57,710 bases of DNA from a virus, in IMG/VR virus record IMGVR_UViG_3300045988_104231; one strand, 5' to 3'. This document shows, in pieces, positions 10,112 through 19,270 of the stretch. Position 1 is the stretch's first letter. Each line of letters starts with the position of its first letter. The notes under the pieces were generated by a model. That model was given only the letters and a program-made list of their open reading frames with translations, searched no databases and had not been told where the DNA came from. Position numbers and translations under genes: made by a program.

Positions 10112-10522
10112 ATGGGGAAAAATAATTTACCTCGTGGGTATCGGAACAACAACCCGGGAAACATCCGGATCAACGGAGACTTGTTCCAAGGTGAGATACG
10201 TCCGAGCAAGGACAAGTCATTTAAACAATTCGAAACGATGGCTTATGGCTATCGGGCGATCTTTAAGATCCTGTCGAACTACTATAACAACTATAAGCTT
10301 GACACGATTCGCAAGATGATAGGAAGATGGGCGCCTCCGGAGGAGAACCATACCGAAAAGTATATCCAGTTTGTATCAGATTACGCCGGTATCCCGGCTG
10401 ATGATCCTATCAACATCAACGATCGTGAGCAGATGATCCGGATCGTGGGCGGGATGAGCAAGGTGGAGAATGGTAGGGAGGCTGATATGTCGGATGTTAT
10501 TGCGGGGTGGAATCTGTTATGA
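10112..10522 (+). CDS. Putative endolysin / peptidoglycan hydrolase (RNNNPGNIR-motif family, often labelled structural protein P5)
   Basis: RNNNPGNIR motif. Positioned between the holin and a membrane-anchored protein. Confidence 0.5.
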   Translation: MGKNNLPRGYRNNNPGNIRINGDLFQGEIRPSKDKSFKQFETMAYGYRAIFKILSNYYNNYKLDTIRKMIGRWAPPEENHTEKYIQFVSDYAGIPADDPININDREQMIRIVGGMSKVENGREADMSDVIAGWNLL

Positions 10523-10986
10523 GAGCATGGCAGGTTATATTAATACTAGTGTGCTTGGTAGCCAGTTTCACGGCTGGCTACCATATCCGGGGGGATGTGG
10601 CTAGTGATTCGATATCCAAGACCGGCAAGTTTACCAAGGTGGATACGATACATGACAGCATCCCGTACCCGGTCTATGAGACACTGGTACAAACAATACC
10701 TGAGCCGTTCCCTGTTTATATCACGTTGGACGGTGACACGGTAAAGGAACCTGTATATGTTCCGGTACCCATAACCAGCAAGGAGTACAAGACAGATGAT
10801 TACCGACTTTCAATTTCGGGTTACAAGCCTAATCTTGATTACATCGAGGTTTATAGAAGGACTGAGTATATAACCAAGACGATCAACCCACGTAGATGGG
10901 GAATCGGAGCGATAGCCGGTTATGGAATCGGTAAACACGGGTTGTCTCCCTATGTCGGGATAGGCGGGTTCTATAGGATTTGGTGA
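10519..10986 (+). CDS. N-terminally membrane-anchored protein, possible spanin-like lysis accessory
   Basis: MRAWQVILILVCLVASFTAGY anchor. ATGA overlap with the lysin stop. Confidence 0.4.
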   Translation: MRAWQVILILVCLVASFTAGYHIRGDVASDSISKTGKFTKVDTIHDSIPYPVYETLVQTIPEPFPVYITLDGDTVKEPVYVPVPITSKEYKTDDYRLSISGYKPNLDYIEVYRRTEYITKTINPRRWGIGAIAGYGIGKHGLSPYVGIGGFYRIW

Positions 10987-11188
10987 GGCTTCCGTGGCTC
11001 ACACCCGGGAAACCTCTGATAATAGAATGAATGCGTTATATGAATAACAAGGGCTGACGTTTTTTTGTTCATGATAATTTATATTAGTTTGATGGTGACT
11101 TCGTGAGAACGAACCGGAAAGGGAAGATAAAGAAAAAGAATCTTCCCTAAATAATCGGATCGGAAGTTTGATTATTTTTTCATGCCAC

Positions 11189-11233
11189 GCACGACGGGAA
11201 GATTCTTGTATGTCTTTCTGCCGTGCATTTTTT
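11189..11233 (+). terminator. Intrinsic terminator after the lysis cassette
   Basis: Long imperfect hairpin GCACGACGGGAAGA...TCTTTCTGCCGTGC followed by ATTTTTTG. Confidence 0.6.
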
Positions 11234-11277
11234 GTGCCCGGCTTTGATAGTAAAACAAACCACGAAATAAAAAGTTT

Positions 11278-11595
11278 ATGAATAAGGTGGAAATTTTTTA
11301 CAAAAAAGTGATAGAGGCAGTCTGCAAGGAGTGCGGGACCGATCCGGTAATGATGTTTAGCAACAACAAGGAGAGGAACGTTGACGCTAGGGGAGTGGCT
11401 ATAACCACACTGGCCGATCTCAAGTTGAGCGACAATATCATATCCGATCTGACTGGAATGACGAGGCAAGCCGTCAACCGGATGCGTAACTTGTACCCGG
11501 ACAGGATAAGGAGGAGTTATTTCCTGAGAGGAGTATTAGAAAGCGTGAAGGAAAAATTAGCTATAGAAATCCTCTATATTCGTGAACTTTTTTGA
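11278..11595 (+). CDS. Small HTH protein (DnaA-C / sigma region-4-like), possible regulator
   Basis: RNVDARGVAITTLADLKLSDNIISDLTGMTRQAVNRMRN resembles a DnaA domain IV-type HTH. Stand-alone gene between terminators. Confidence 0.35.
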   Translation: MNKVEIFYKKVIEAVCKECGTDPVMMFSNNKERNVDARGVAITTLADLKLSDNIISDLTGMTRQAVNRMRNLYPDRIRRSYFLRGVLESVKEKLAIEILYIRELF

Positions 11596-11645
11596 TCTTA
11601 AAATAGTTGTATATACGAAATAGTGGAAAAATAGTTATCGTTTTG

Positions 11646-11676
11646 TTTGGAGATAGTAGAATTATAGTTACCTTTG
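11646..11676 (+). promoter_or_regulatory. Bacteroidota sigma-A type promoter for hicAB
   Basis: TTTG (11646-11649), 19 nt, TACCTTTG (11669-11676). Matches the TTTG-N19-21-TAnnTTTG consensus. Confidence 0.65.
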
Positions 11677-11737
11677 CCCCTATCAAACCTTCGTTGTTTG
11701 TTATCTTTTTTTATAATTAAAAAAGAAAGGAGGCCAA

Positions 11738-11929
11738 ATGGTAATGAGAGTCAAGGATGTTATATCCTTACTTGAAGAAAACGGATGGCGTTTTGTCCGG
11801 ATGCGTGGAGATCATAGGATTTACTATAGGAAAGGAGCCAGAAGACCCATAGTAATTCCGGGTAATCTCAACGATGATCTAAAGGAAGGGACGTTGAATT
11901 CCGTTTTAAGGGAGGCAGGACTTAAATAG
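11738..11929 (+). CDS. hicA: HicA mRNA-interferase toxin
   Basis: 63 aa: VKDVISLLEENGWRFVRMRGDHRIYY...IPGNLNDDLKEGTLNSVLREAGL is the classic HicA pattern. Confidence 0.9.
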   Translation: MVMRVKDVISLLEENGWRFVRMRGDHRIYYRKGARRPIVIPGNLNDDLKEGTLNSVLREAGLK

Positions 11930-12004
11930 TCCTGCTGATGCCGCCTCCAGAAAACTTTTGAATTAATACATGAAAAACATAAGAAGAAAAAAAGACAAAA
12001 ATGT

Positions 12005-12409
12005 ATGCACACACTAAGAGTTATCATTGAACGGGCCGACAATAATTACTCGGCTTATATTGATGGTTTGGATGGTATAATAGCTACCGGTAAAACTATT
12101 GATGAGATAAAAATGGGTATGATAGAATCTATTGATACCTTTGTTTCGGAATGTGAGGAGCTAGGCTGTGATATTCCGGAAGAGTTGCAAGGTGATTACG
12201 AGTTGGTGTTTAAAATGGATGTACGGTCATTGTTGGAGTTTTATTCTGGCATATTTTCAAAGGCTGGTTTAGAACGTATTACAGGGATAAATCAAAAACA
12301 ACTATGGCATTATGCTTCTGGAGGGAGAAATCCTAGACCCGAACAAAGCTTAAAATTGGAAAAAGCCTTGCATAAATTAGGAGAAGAGCTCCTTTCCATA
12401 TCATTATAA
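12005..12409 (+). CDS. hicB: HicB antitoxin (HicB N-domain + C-terminal HTH)
   Basis: LRVIIERADNNYSAYIDGLDGIIATGKTIDEIKMGMIESI plus ITGINQKQLWHYASG HTH. Immediately downstream of hicA. Confidence 0.85.
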   Translation: MHTLRVIIERADNNYSAYIDGLDGIIATGKTIDEIKMGMIESIDTFVSECEELGCDIPEELQGDYELVFKMDVRSLLEFYSGIFSKAGLERITGINQKQLWHYASGGRNPRPEQSLKLEKALHKLGEELLSISL

Positions 12410-12427
12410 AGCCTCCCTTAAAAGGTA

Positions 12428-12462
12428 AAAGCGTCGTCAATACAAATTGGCGGCGCTTTTTT
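12428..12462 (+). terminator. Intrinsic terminator after hicB
   Basis: AAGCGTCGTC / GGCGGCGCTT stem (two G-U pairs) followed by T7. Confidence 0.7.
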
Positions 12463-12599
12463 TGTCTCATCCCCTTCCGCAAAGAACTAGCAACAACCTC
12501 GCAACAAGCTAGCAAGGAGATATTTATTTAGCAAAGCCCTTCTCATGATTTTTGTCGTGTCCGGTAATGGTGCCGGATTAACGACAAAAATTAAAGATA

Positions 12600-13574
12600 A
12601 TGGATAGAAATTATTTTATCGGTACTCCCGAAGGAGGCAATTCCGGTGGAAGTAAGTTTGACATCATGGCCTTTCTCCCGAGCTTGATGGGCGGTGGTGG
12701 AAAATCATTGGACCCCAATTTGGTAGCGGCTTTGATGAACAATAAGGGCAATCAAGACGCTTGGGGCGGTGGTGGTTGCTGGTGGATCTGGATCATCCTC
12801 CTGTTCTTCGTATGGGGAGGCTGGGGTGGCAACGGCTTCGGCAACAACGGGGCTAACGGATTACCGGCTCAATTGAACAATGACGCTGGTCGTGAATTGT
12901 TGATGAACGCTATCCAAGGAAACGGAACGGCTATCAGCCAATTGTCATCTTCCTTGAATTGCTCTACCCAGCAATTACAAAACGCTATCTGCCAGATCCA
13001 AGGACAGATCCAGAGCGTGGGTAACCAAGTAGGCATGAGTTCTCAACAAATCATTAATGCCGTCCAAAGTGGTAACAATCAATTATTGAGCCAGATCGCC
13101 GAGTGCTGCTGCACGGTTAACAACAACATCACTAAGATGGGCTACGAGAACCAATTGGCTAGCTGCAACCAGACAAACACGCTGGTGAATACGATGAACA
13201 ACAACACGTTGACTCTCCGTGACTCAGGTCTGCAGAACACCCGTGATATCATCAACGAGGTTCGTGATTTCAAGAACTTGTATCAACAAGACAAGATGGA
13301 TCGCTTGACGGCGGAGAACCTAGCCTTGAAAGGACAGATCTCCCAAAGCAACCAGAACGCCTATTTCGCCGCTACTCTACAGGCGCAGACCGCCCCTCTA
13401 GGTAACGCCTTGGGTGATTTGAGCTCAAGATTGGCCAAGATCGAGTGTAACCAGCCGGAGGTGGCAAAGGTTCCTTACTCCCCCGTGGTAGGCATACCCA
13501 CTTGCGTGGCCGCCCAGTACGGATTAGGCCTAGGTCTCGGTAACTGGGGAAACTTCGGCAACGGATGGGGATAA
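12600..13574 (+). CDS. Gly/Trp-rich, Gln/Asn-rich membrane protein of unknown function
   Basis: 324 aa: GGGGCWWIWIILLFFVWGGWGGNGFGNNG transmembrane segment, long Q/N-rich central region with a CCC cluster, C-terminal GLGLGLGNWGNFGNGWG. Confidence 0.55.
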   Translation: MDRNYFIGTPEGGNSGGSKFDIMAFLPSLMGGGGKSLDPNLVAALMNNKGNQDAWGGGGCWWIWIILLFFVWGGWGGNGFGNNGANGLPAQLNNDAGRELLMNAIQGNGTAISQLSSSLNCSTQQLQNAICQIQGQIQSVGNQVGMSSQQIINAVQSGNNQLLSQIAECCCTVNNNITKMGYENQLASCNQTNTLVNTMNNNTLTLRDSGLQNTRDIINEVRDFKNLYQQDKMDRLTAENLALKGQISQSNQNAYFAATLQAQTAPLGNALGDLSSRLAKIECNQPEVAKVPYSPVVGIPTCVAAQYGLGLGLGNWGNFGNGWG

Positions 13575-13602
13575 TGAGTTAATAACCTAAAAATAAAGAG
13601 TT

Positions 13603-13947
13603 ATGGCATTCATTAGTCCTTTCATAATGGCGAACAAGAACGGTATCCCACGTTTGGAGAGCACGGGCGTTACGGTCGGGACGACCAACGTTCGTTTCTC
13701 CTTCCGCAATCACCCGTTCCTGTCAGCCCCGTTTAGCGGGTTGATCTTGTTTCGTCTGGCCCAGCCTATCCCGGCTGGTACTACCGGGACATTGCCGGTA
13801 GTGTTTGACACGAACGGCTCCACGCAGGCGCTAACGACCATTAACGGCGCAGATGTCACGGCATCCGATATAACCGGCACCGGAATCTACTTGTGTTACT
13901 ATGAGTCGGGCAATAATACGCTCCAGATAATGACGGGAGTGGTGTGA
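13603..13947 (+). CDS. Hypothetical protein
   Basis: 114-aa ORF in the orphan block. Confidence 0.5.
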   Translation: MAFISPFIMANKNGIPRLESTGVTVGTTNVRFSFRNHPFLSAPFSGLILFRLAQPIPAGTTGTLPVVFDTNGSTQALTTINGADVTASDITGTGIYLCYYESGNNTLQIMTGVV

Positions 13948-14000
13948 GAGAGTATCAACGAGAGACCGGAGCGATCCGGCTCTCATAAAAACCAAGAAAT

Positions 14001-14546
14001 ATGTTCAAGAATCAGAGACAAGGGAATCCTTTATATATCCTTCATAAGGGGAATACGCCGTTTTGTGAGGTTGGAAGCATAGTCAGCGTGTCCCCTCCGA
14101 GACCGGAGAATCCAAATTTCAATATGTATGGTCCGCAAGCTAAAATCGTGGTGGACATAAAGGCCAAGGTAGGTGAGGACAACGTCAGCTTCTCCAACGT
14201 CTTGTCCGACGTCACCATTACGGATTACCCCACTACAAACGGGGAGAAACTGGTTGTGTCATGCGATCTAGGTGCCCTGAATACGGAGATCAACGCCATG
14301 ATGCAGCAAAGCCGACAGGCACTTGACAGCATCGATTACCATAAATCCGTGATTGGGGGGTGCGAGAAGATGCTGGTAATACTGAACCCTGAGTTTGCCC
14401 GGGAGAAGGAGAGGGAGAGTGAGATCGCTAACATGAGAAACGAGATGTCCGATCTGAAGGAGGCTAACGCAAGGTTGGTTGCCATGATGGAGCAACTTGT
14501 CGGTTCCGTGAACGGTAATAATAACAAGAATAAAAAAACAGAGTGA
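14001..14546 (+). CDS. Hypothetical protein with C-terminal coiled coil
   Basis: 181-aa ORF. Confidence 0.5.
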   Translation: MFKNQRQGNPLYILHKGNTPFCEVGSIVSVSPPRPENPNFNMYGPQAKIVVDIKAKVGEDNVSFSNVLSDVTITDYPTTNGEKLVVSCDLGALNTEINAMMQQSRQALDSIDYHKSVIGGCEKMLVILNPEFAREKERESEIANMRNEMSDLKEANARLVAMMEQLVGSVNGNNNKNKKTE

Positions 14547-14547
14547 T

Positions 14548-14865
14548 ATGGGAACATATAGCAGAAAACTGAGAGAGCTGATCGAGGAATTCGACGCCAT
14601 GGAAGACGAGGATATGTTGGAACTGGCGAAGGAGGCCTATAAGCTTGGCTGTAAGGAAGGAAAGCGGAAGGCCATGGAAGGCTATGGCAACCGTATGGAG
14701 GAAGACGATGACGATGAGTTCGAGGACGACGACGAGTTCCGTGAGATGTGGGAACGTGGCGGCTACGGCAACCGTGGCGGCGGTCGTGGATCATCTGGGG
14801 GAGGCTATGGCAATCGCCGTGGGGTGCCGGGCACCGGACGCTACTCGAGACGATATCGTAGATAA
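14548..14865 (+). CDS. Low-complexity acidic + RGG/GYGN-repeat protein
   Basis: EEDDDDEFEDDDEF followed by GGYGNRGGGRGSSGGGYGNRRG...RRYRR. Confidence 0.5.
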   Translation: MGTYSRKLRELIEEFDAMEDEDMLELAKEAYKLGCKEGKRKAMEGYGNRMEEDDDDEFEDDDEFREMWERGGYGNRGGGRGSSGGGYGNRRGVPGTGRYSRRYRR

Positions 14866-14867
14866 CC

Positions 14868-15320
14868 ATGAGGGGGGACCGGTTTCCCCCTCCTAAAAAA
14901 CAGAGGAATATGAGACTAGATATGTATGATGATTTCCCTTCCGGGATGCGATCCTACCTGAAGGCGTATGGCTGGCATTTTTCCAAGGCCATGTGCGATT
15001 GGGCCGTATCCATGATGGAGAAGGAGGACGGAAACGGGAAGAAGGTCAAGATAACCCCTTTCACGAAGGAACAGGTGGATGAGATGCTGAAGAAGTATAG
15101 CGTTGACGTGAAGAAAAAGGGTGGATACGATTATGTTTACGCCGCCAACATGTGCAAGGCCGATTACCTTGGCTCCTCCGTGCCTAACGAGCAGTACGCC
15201 GCTCTTTATGTCAAGAACGTCTGCGAAGATCCGGACGCTTACGACGGGATAGTGTTCACCCGGTTCTACGCTGATTGCATCGGGTCCGGCACGCCTATAA
15301 TCTGGGAGGAGATGATGTGA
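14868..15320 (+). CDS. Hypothetical protein (alternative start 14910)
   Basis: 150-aa ORF. The internal ATG at 14910 is preceded by AGGAA. Confidence 0.5.
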   Translation: MRGDRFPPPKKQRNMRLDMYDDFPSGMRSYLKAYGWHFSKAMCDWAVSMMEKEDGNGKKVKITPFTKEQVDEMLKKYSVDVKKKGGYDYVYAANMCKADYLGSSVPNEQYAALYVKNVCEDPDAYDGIVFTRFYADCIGSGTPIIWEEMM

Positions 15321-15502
15321 TGGGAGGCTGGGGCTACATACTGAGGATCTTGAAGGGAGAGTCCCCCAAGGACGTGCTGGCGAGTATGCCGGAGAAGGAT
15401 TTTGACAAGGTATCCGAGGTGGTGGGCAATCTCAAGGCAACCAATCTCACCCGGCAACAAAGGAGGAGGATAGAGCGGGAGTTCAAGACGGTAAGGAGAT
15501 GA
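15320..15502 (+). CDS. Hypothetical small basic protein
   Basis: ATG at 15320 overlaps the upstream TGA (TGATG). The track ORF 15275 start lies inside the previous gene. Confidence 0.45.
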   Translation: MGGWGYILRILKGESPKDVLASMPEKDFDKVSEVVGNLKATNLTRQQRRRIEREFKTVRR

Positions 15503-15969
15503 TACGACGGGATTACCATATCAAGAGATACGATTGGGTGATCCACGTGCTGTATAACGTCACCTGCCCGAGGACATCCGATATCATAGCCCTATTGAGG
15601 AGGGTCGGTTGCCCGGAAAGCAAGATACGGGAGGCTTATGGCAACGTAGGCTCCTGCAAGCTGGACGTGGGACTGACCTATTCTAATTACCGCAGCCGGG
15701 AATCCGTCATGGTGATAGGCCGGACCTCGTCCTATAGGGAGTTCGCTAATTCCCTGTTCCATGAGTGCCGCCATTTGACGGATCATATGTCCTTGGCCTT
15801 GGATATGGAGATAGGAGGGGAGCCTATCGCTTACTTGGCTGGCGATATAGGAGCCTTGATGTCCGATGAGATAAGGATGTTCATCTGCGATTGCCATTGT
15901 CACAGGAACGATATAAACGATGAGTTATGGGAAAGAAAAAAGAAGATAAAAAGAAAAAGGAATCCGTAA
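15499..15969 (+). CDS. Hypothetical protein with HExxH motif (possible Zn-metallopeptidase)
   Basis: SLFHECRHLTDH motif plus a CDCHCH cluster. ATGA overlap with the upstream gene. Confidence 0.4.
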   Translation: MIRRDYHIKRYDWVIHVLYNVTCPRTSDIIALLRRVGCPESKIREAYGNVGSCKLDVGLTYSNYRSRESVMVIGRTSSYREFANSLFHECRHLTDHMSLALDMEIGGEPIAYLAGDIGALMSDEIRMFICDCHCHRNDINDELWERKKKIKRKRNP

Positions 15970-16061
15970 GACGGGAGATAGACCGCCTCACGGATTCCTT
16001 GGATTTCGAGCCTATCAACTTCCATGAGGTGATGGCCCGGATACGGCACTTGATGTGCCTG

Positions 16062-16886
16062 TTATGATGACATGTGTTTTTTTACTATATCCATCTTACT
16101 GAAAGACATGGATAGAATCCGCATCGCATCATTCTTTACACTAGTCAATACCTCCACGTTGTCTTCAAACGGGTTCAACGATCTTATGACAGAGACAATA
16201 TCCCGCATACAATAGCAAACCAACAATACGTACGATCCCATGACCTCTGAATTGTTCTGTTCAGCGGCCTTATGCAATACTTTGTCTGCGAATCCCATCT
16301 TAACCATATTACCGTTATCATCTTTTTGATACATAGGGATATCAACTCCCATTTTGACCTTGATAAAATCAGTTATGGAAAAATTAGCCTTTGCTTGTAG
16401 GCATCCGTAGAGCCTCTCCAAGTCTTTCGGGCTGGTCTCTTGAACGATATCAGTCCAATCGTCACAGACCAACTCCCTTATGACTGAGTAAGGCTCAAGC
16501 CTGTCATTGGGGATATCGATGACCTTAACGCTCCCATCCTCGTTATAGTCATCGCTATCGCCGCCATATTCATTAACGCTCTCGATACGTTTCGAGGAAG
16601 CGTAATATTTCCAGTTCCCATCAAACTCTATCAGGTATTCATCCAGTGTTCTTATCCATCCCTTCAGCTTGTATATGGATTGATGCAGATACATTTCCCA
16701 CAAGCATGTATCATAAAAAAGATCAATGTAATATCGGCTATTCTCATCATCCTTATGACGAAAAGTACGGGGTGCGGATACGATTCTCGCCATATCCAAA
16801 TTCCCTAACACCTTATTGAAAAAGTTGGCCAATAAACTGTCATCATCTATGCGTGATAACAGCTCATAAAAAGGTTTATCTCTCAT
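16062..16886 (-). CDS. Hypothetical protein
   Basis: 274-aa ORF, last gene of the leftward arm. Start is adjacent to the stop of the Bro gene. Confidence 0.55.
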   Translation of the reverse strand: MRDKPFYELLSRIDDDSLLANFFNKVLGNLDMARIVSAPRTFRHKDDENSRYYIDLFYDTCLWEMYLHQSIYKLKGWIRTLDEYLIEFDGNWKYYASSKRIESVNEYGGDSDDYNEDGSVKVIDIPNDRLEPYSVIRELVCDDWTDIVQETSPKDLERLYGCLQAKANFSITDFIKVKMGVDIPMYQKDDNGNMVKMGFADKVLHKAAEQNNSEVMGSYVLLVCYCMRDIVSVIRSLNPFEDNVEVLTSVKNDAMRILSMSFSKMDIVKKHMSS

Positions 16887-17683
16887 TAGGCTGAAATTTT
16901 AAGGTTATACAAATCAAGGATGAACTTCTTCCCGGCCTCCGTCCAATACATATGCTGGCGTGTCTTTATCTCACCATTGCTATCCGTATATGGATGTGGC
17001 TTGTGAAAGGTAAGCCCCTTGTCCCTGTATTTAGAGTAAAGAAAGTATGTGCCGCTTTCCTTGTATTGCACGCCCCACTCGCAAAGCAGCTTGTTTAATT
17101 TGATGTCGGAGATACCGAGGCATGAAGCTATCATATTAACCGTTAGATAACCCTTGGACGAAAGAACCTTGTCGCAATATTCCGCTTTTGGTGCGGATAT
17201 CCTTAATTCTTGCGCTTGCAGCTCTATCGTGGCTTGTTTATGCTCATTCTCGATCTCAAGCGTTTTTAGCCGTTCCTCTTTCCTTAATAGAGTGGCTTGC
17301 GCTATGGTCAATGCCCGTGCCATGATCTCCTCCGGGGTATCCTCCGGTTTGGCGACCATGTAACCTCCGGTCTTGCGGATTGAAGGGAGAACCTCGTGTG
17401 TTATCCAACGAGAGAAGGGTCTAGCTTTTGGGCTATCGCTTTTTAATACCGCATCATACATCCCGGCTTCTGATACAAATACCGCTTGTTGGGTTCTACC
17501 TAAACTATCTATGATGTCCACCAGATGGACGTCATCTTCATCTAACCTGTTCTTCACGTTTCTGCTATTCGCTATATCGACCGCCTTGCATATATCTACC
17601 AAGCAGAACAAAGGGTTCTCATTAGTCCCGGCTACTCTCACTTCACCGAAACGATCGTTCTTGAATATTTCGATTCCTTTCAT
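16886..17683 (-). CDS. Bro-N / KilAC-type antirepressor
   Basis: N-terminus FKNDRFGEVRVAGTNENPLFCLVDICKAVDI...FVSEAGMYDAVLKSDSPKARPFSRWITHEVLPSIRKTG is a Bro-N domain. The C-terminal half is KilA-C-like. Confidence 0.85.
   Translation of the reverse strand: MKGIEIFKNDRFGEVRVAGTNENPLFCLVDICKAVDIANSRNVKNRLDEDDVHLVDIIDSLGRTQQAVFVSEAGMYDAVLKSDSPKARPFSRWITHEVLPSIRKTGGYMVAKPEDTPEEIMARALTIAQATLLRKEERLKTLEIENEHKQATIELQAQELRISAPKAEYCDKVLSSKGYLTVNMIASCLGISDIKLNKLLCEWGVQYKESGTYFLYSKYRDKGLTFHKPHPYTDSNGEIKTRQHMYWTEAGKKFILDLYNLKISA
17382..17661. repeat. Left copy of a 280-bp perfect inverted repeat (partner at 49515-49794)
   Basis: Base-by-base comparison of several 60-nt stretches. Both-frame ORF translations are identical (17373..17717 vs 49486..49821). 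Confidence 0.9.
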
Positions 17684-17989
17684 AATACGTAAGTCTTTAA
17701 AATTTCTGACAAAATAATTTTCAATTTTGATTTACAGTGGGGGCCAAAACAGCAACCCCCTTTTTACAATGTGATTAATGATTTAACTGATTGATCTTAA
17801 TTTCCTTAACTCGCTATAAAGTAGATATATTGTCCCGACATCATCCTTGAAAGTCTCGGAACGCTCCTCATTCACGGTCATGGAGTAATTAAACAGAAGG
17901 TCTATTAAAGCCTCGCATAACTCCTCTGGGGGTAATGACCTTGGAAAAGAAATCATCTAGACCGGACAGGTCAAAATGAATCTTGTCGA

Positions 17990-18208
17990 TCATGGCATAC
18001 CTCCTTTCTCCATCCCTGCTAAAATGAATGCGGATATCAGTAAGATCAACGCCTTGACATAGCCTTTGGCATCGTCAACGCTTTTACACTCGCATATACC
18101 GAACGGTAATACGTTAAACACTCTGGCGACATTTCGCCACGAAAAGAACTTTCCGGCTCTTACGGACACGGGTACGGGCGTACCGGTGGCTTGAATCGTT
18201 TGCTTCAT
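17990..18208 (-). CDS. Hypothetical small protein
   Basis: 72-aa ORF. A TATCTTTG -7 box lies on the minus strand at 18281-18288 upstream. Confidence 0.35.
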   Translation of the reverse strand: MKQTIQATGTPVPVSVRAGKFFSWRNVARVFNVLPFGICECKSVDDAKGYVKALILLISAFILAGMEKGGMP

Positions 18209-18457
18209 CTGGTGTGACAGTTAGATGAATAAAAAATAGCGACCCCACATAATCCAAAAGTTGTCACACCACACATATCGCAAAGATATATGAACGGATT
18301 ATGGGAGCCGCTTATGCTTCTCTCATCTTTGCTGGCCTACTCGCTTGCAGCGCCTATGTGTAATGTGACGCCGCAAACTTACGAATTTTCCCGGAAAAGC
18401 AAGCGATATTTTCATATCTTTTTAATTAAGCGCCTTCATGGGAAGGCTCGGTTAATA

Positions 18458-18841
18458 CTATTCCTCAAGATCGGGTATAGGCATCCACATATCACATTCA
18501 TAATCTCCGTAATCTTCAAACTCAAAATTCCCGGGTGTTGCGACACGTGGAGGTTTCCCGGCTTCAACAACTATATAACCACTAACTATTGCTCCATTTG
18601 ATACCATCCTGCAAAGAACCATCTCATTTTCTTTAGGTAATCTTTCTTTAATGCTTACCCACGGGGATTGCTTTGCCTGCCATTCGGCACCTGCTTTGAA
18701 GTCCTCACGACAATTATCTTTGCGAAGCACATAGTCATCCGCATCCACCTCTTTGAGGACATTCTTGCGAAAAAACGTTTTACCTATGGCGTAATCCTTT
18801 GCCGCTTCTTCTACTGTCTGTCTCTTATCAATCTTGCTCAT
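18458..18841 (-). CDS. DUF551-like protein
   Basis: WVSIKERLPKENEMVLC...DMWMPIPDL resembles the DUF551 pattern. Confidence 0.45.
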   Translation of the reverse strand: MSKIDKRQTVEEAAKDYAIGKTFFRKNVLKEVDADDYVLRKDNCREDFKAGAEWQAKQSPWVSIKERLPKENEMVLCRMVSNGAIVSGYIVVEAGKPPRVATPGNFEFEDYGDYECDMWMPIPDLEE

Positions 18842-19169
18842 ATTTATTTCTCCTTTTTATAACTTTTACAAATGTTACTTCTTGATCCGGATTTTCTTCC
18901 TCAAACCTAAATTTCTCGTTATAGAAGTCTATGAGTTCATCGAGGTCTGTAAATTCCTTTTCCACGTTATCAATGTAGTATGTCGTTTTTGGCTTGCCGT
19001 ATGATAGTTCGTCTTTTCTTGGGGTGATAGTAACAGCGGAAATCTTGTTAACGTCATCCCTGTACTTAACGATTCCACTACCTTCCATAGACATACAGGA
19101 CAATATCCTTAATTGTAAATCATCACGTGTGATCATGGTTACCTCCTTTAAGTAGTTCGGGATTGTCAT
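18828..19169 (-). CDS. Hypothetical protein
   Basis: 113-aa ORF. Confidence 0.5.
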   Translation of the reverse strand: MTIPNYLKEVTMITRDDLQLRILSCMSMEGSGIVKYRDDVNKISAVTITPRKDELSYGKPKTTYYIDNVEKEFTDLDELIDFYNEKFRFEEENPDQEVTFVKVIKRRNKYEQD

Positions 19170-19270
19170 ACACTGAGCCTATAACACTTCCTTGGCACAC
19201 CTCTGAGTCTAGCAGTTCACATGGATTAACCCCATCTAGGGATATGCACCATCCTGTATGTTCATATATA

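Noticed and set aside
10999-11469. 156-aa minus-strand ORF
   Set aside because: It spans a terminator-containing intergenic region and overlaps the plus-strand HTH gene. It has a low-complexity composition and no coupling to neighbouring genes.
14336-14869. 177-aa minus-strand ORF (Arg/Pro/His-rich)
   Set aside because: It is antisense to three tightly packed plus-strand genes. Its composition is the mirror of the GC-rich RGG/acidic coding region.
15958-15999. 10-bp inverted repeat AGGAATCCGT...ACGGATTCCT as a bidirectional terminator between the convergent arms
   Set aside because: The loop is 22 nt and there is no T-run on either side. It also overlaps the end of the CDS 15499-15969. The evidence is too weak to call a terminator.
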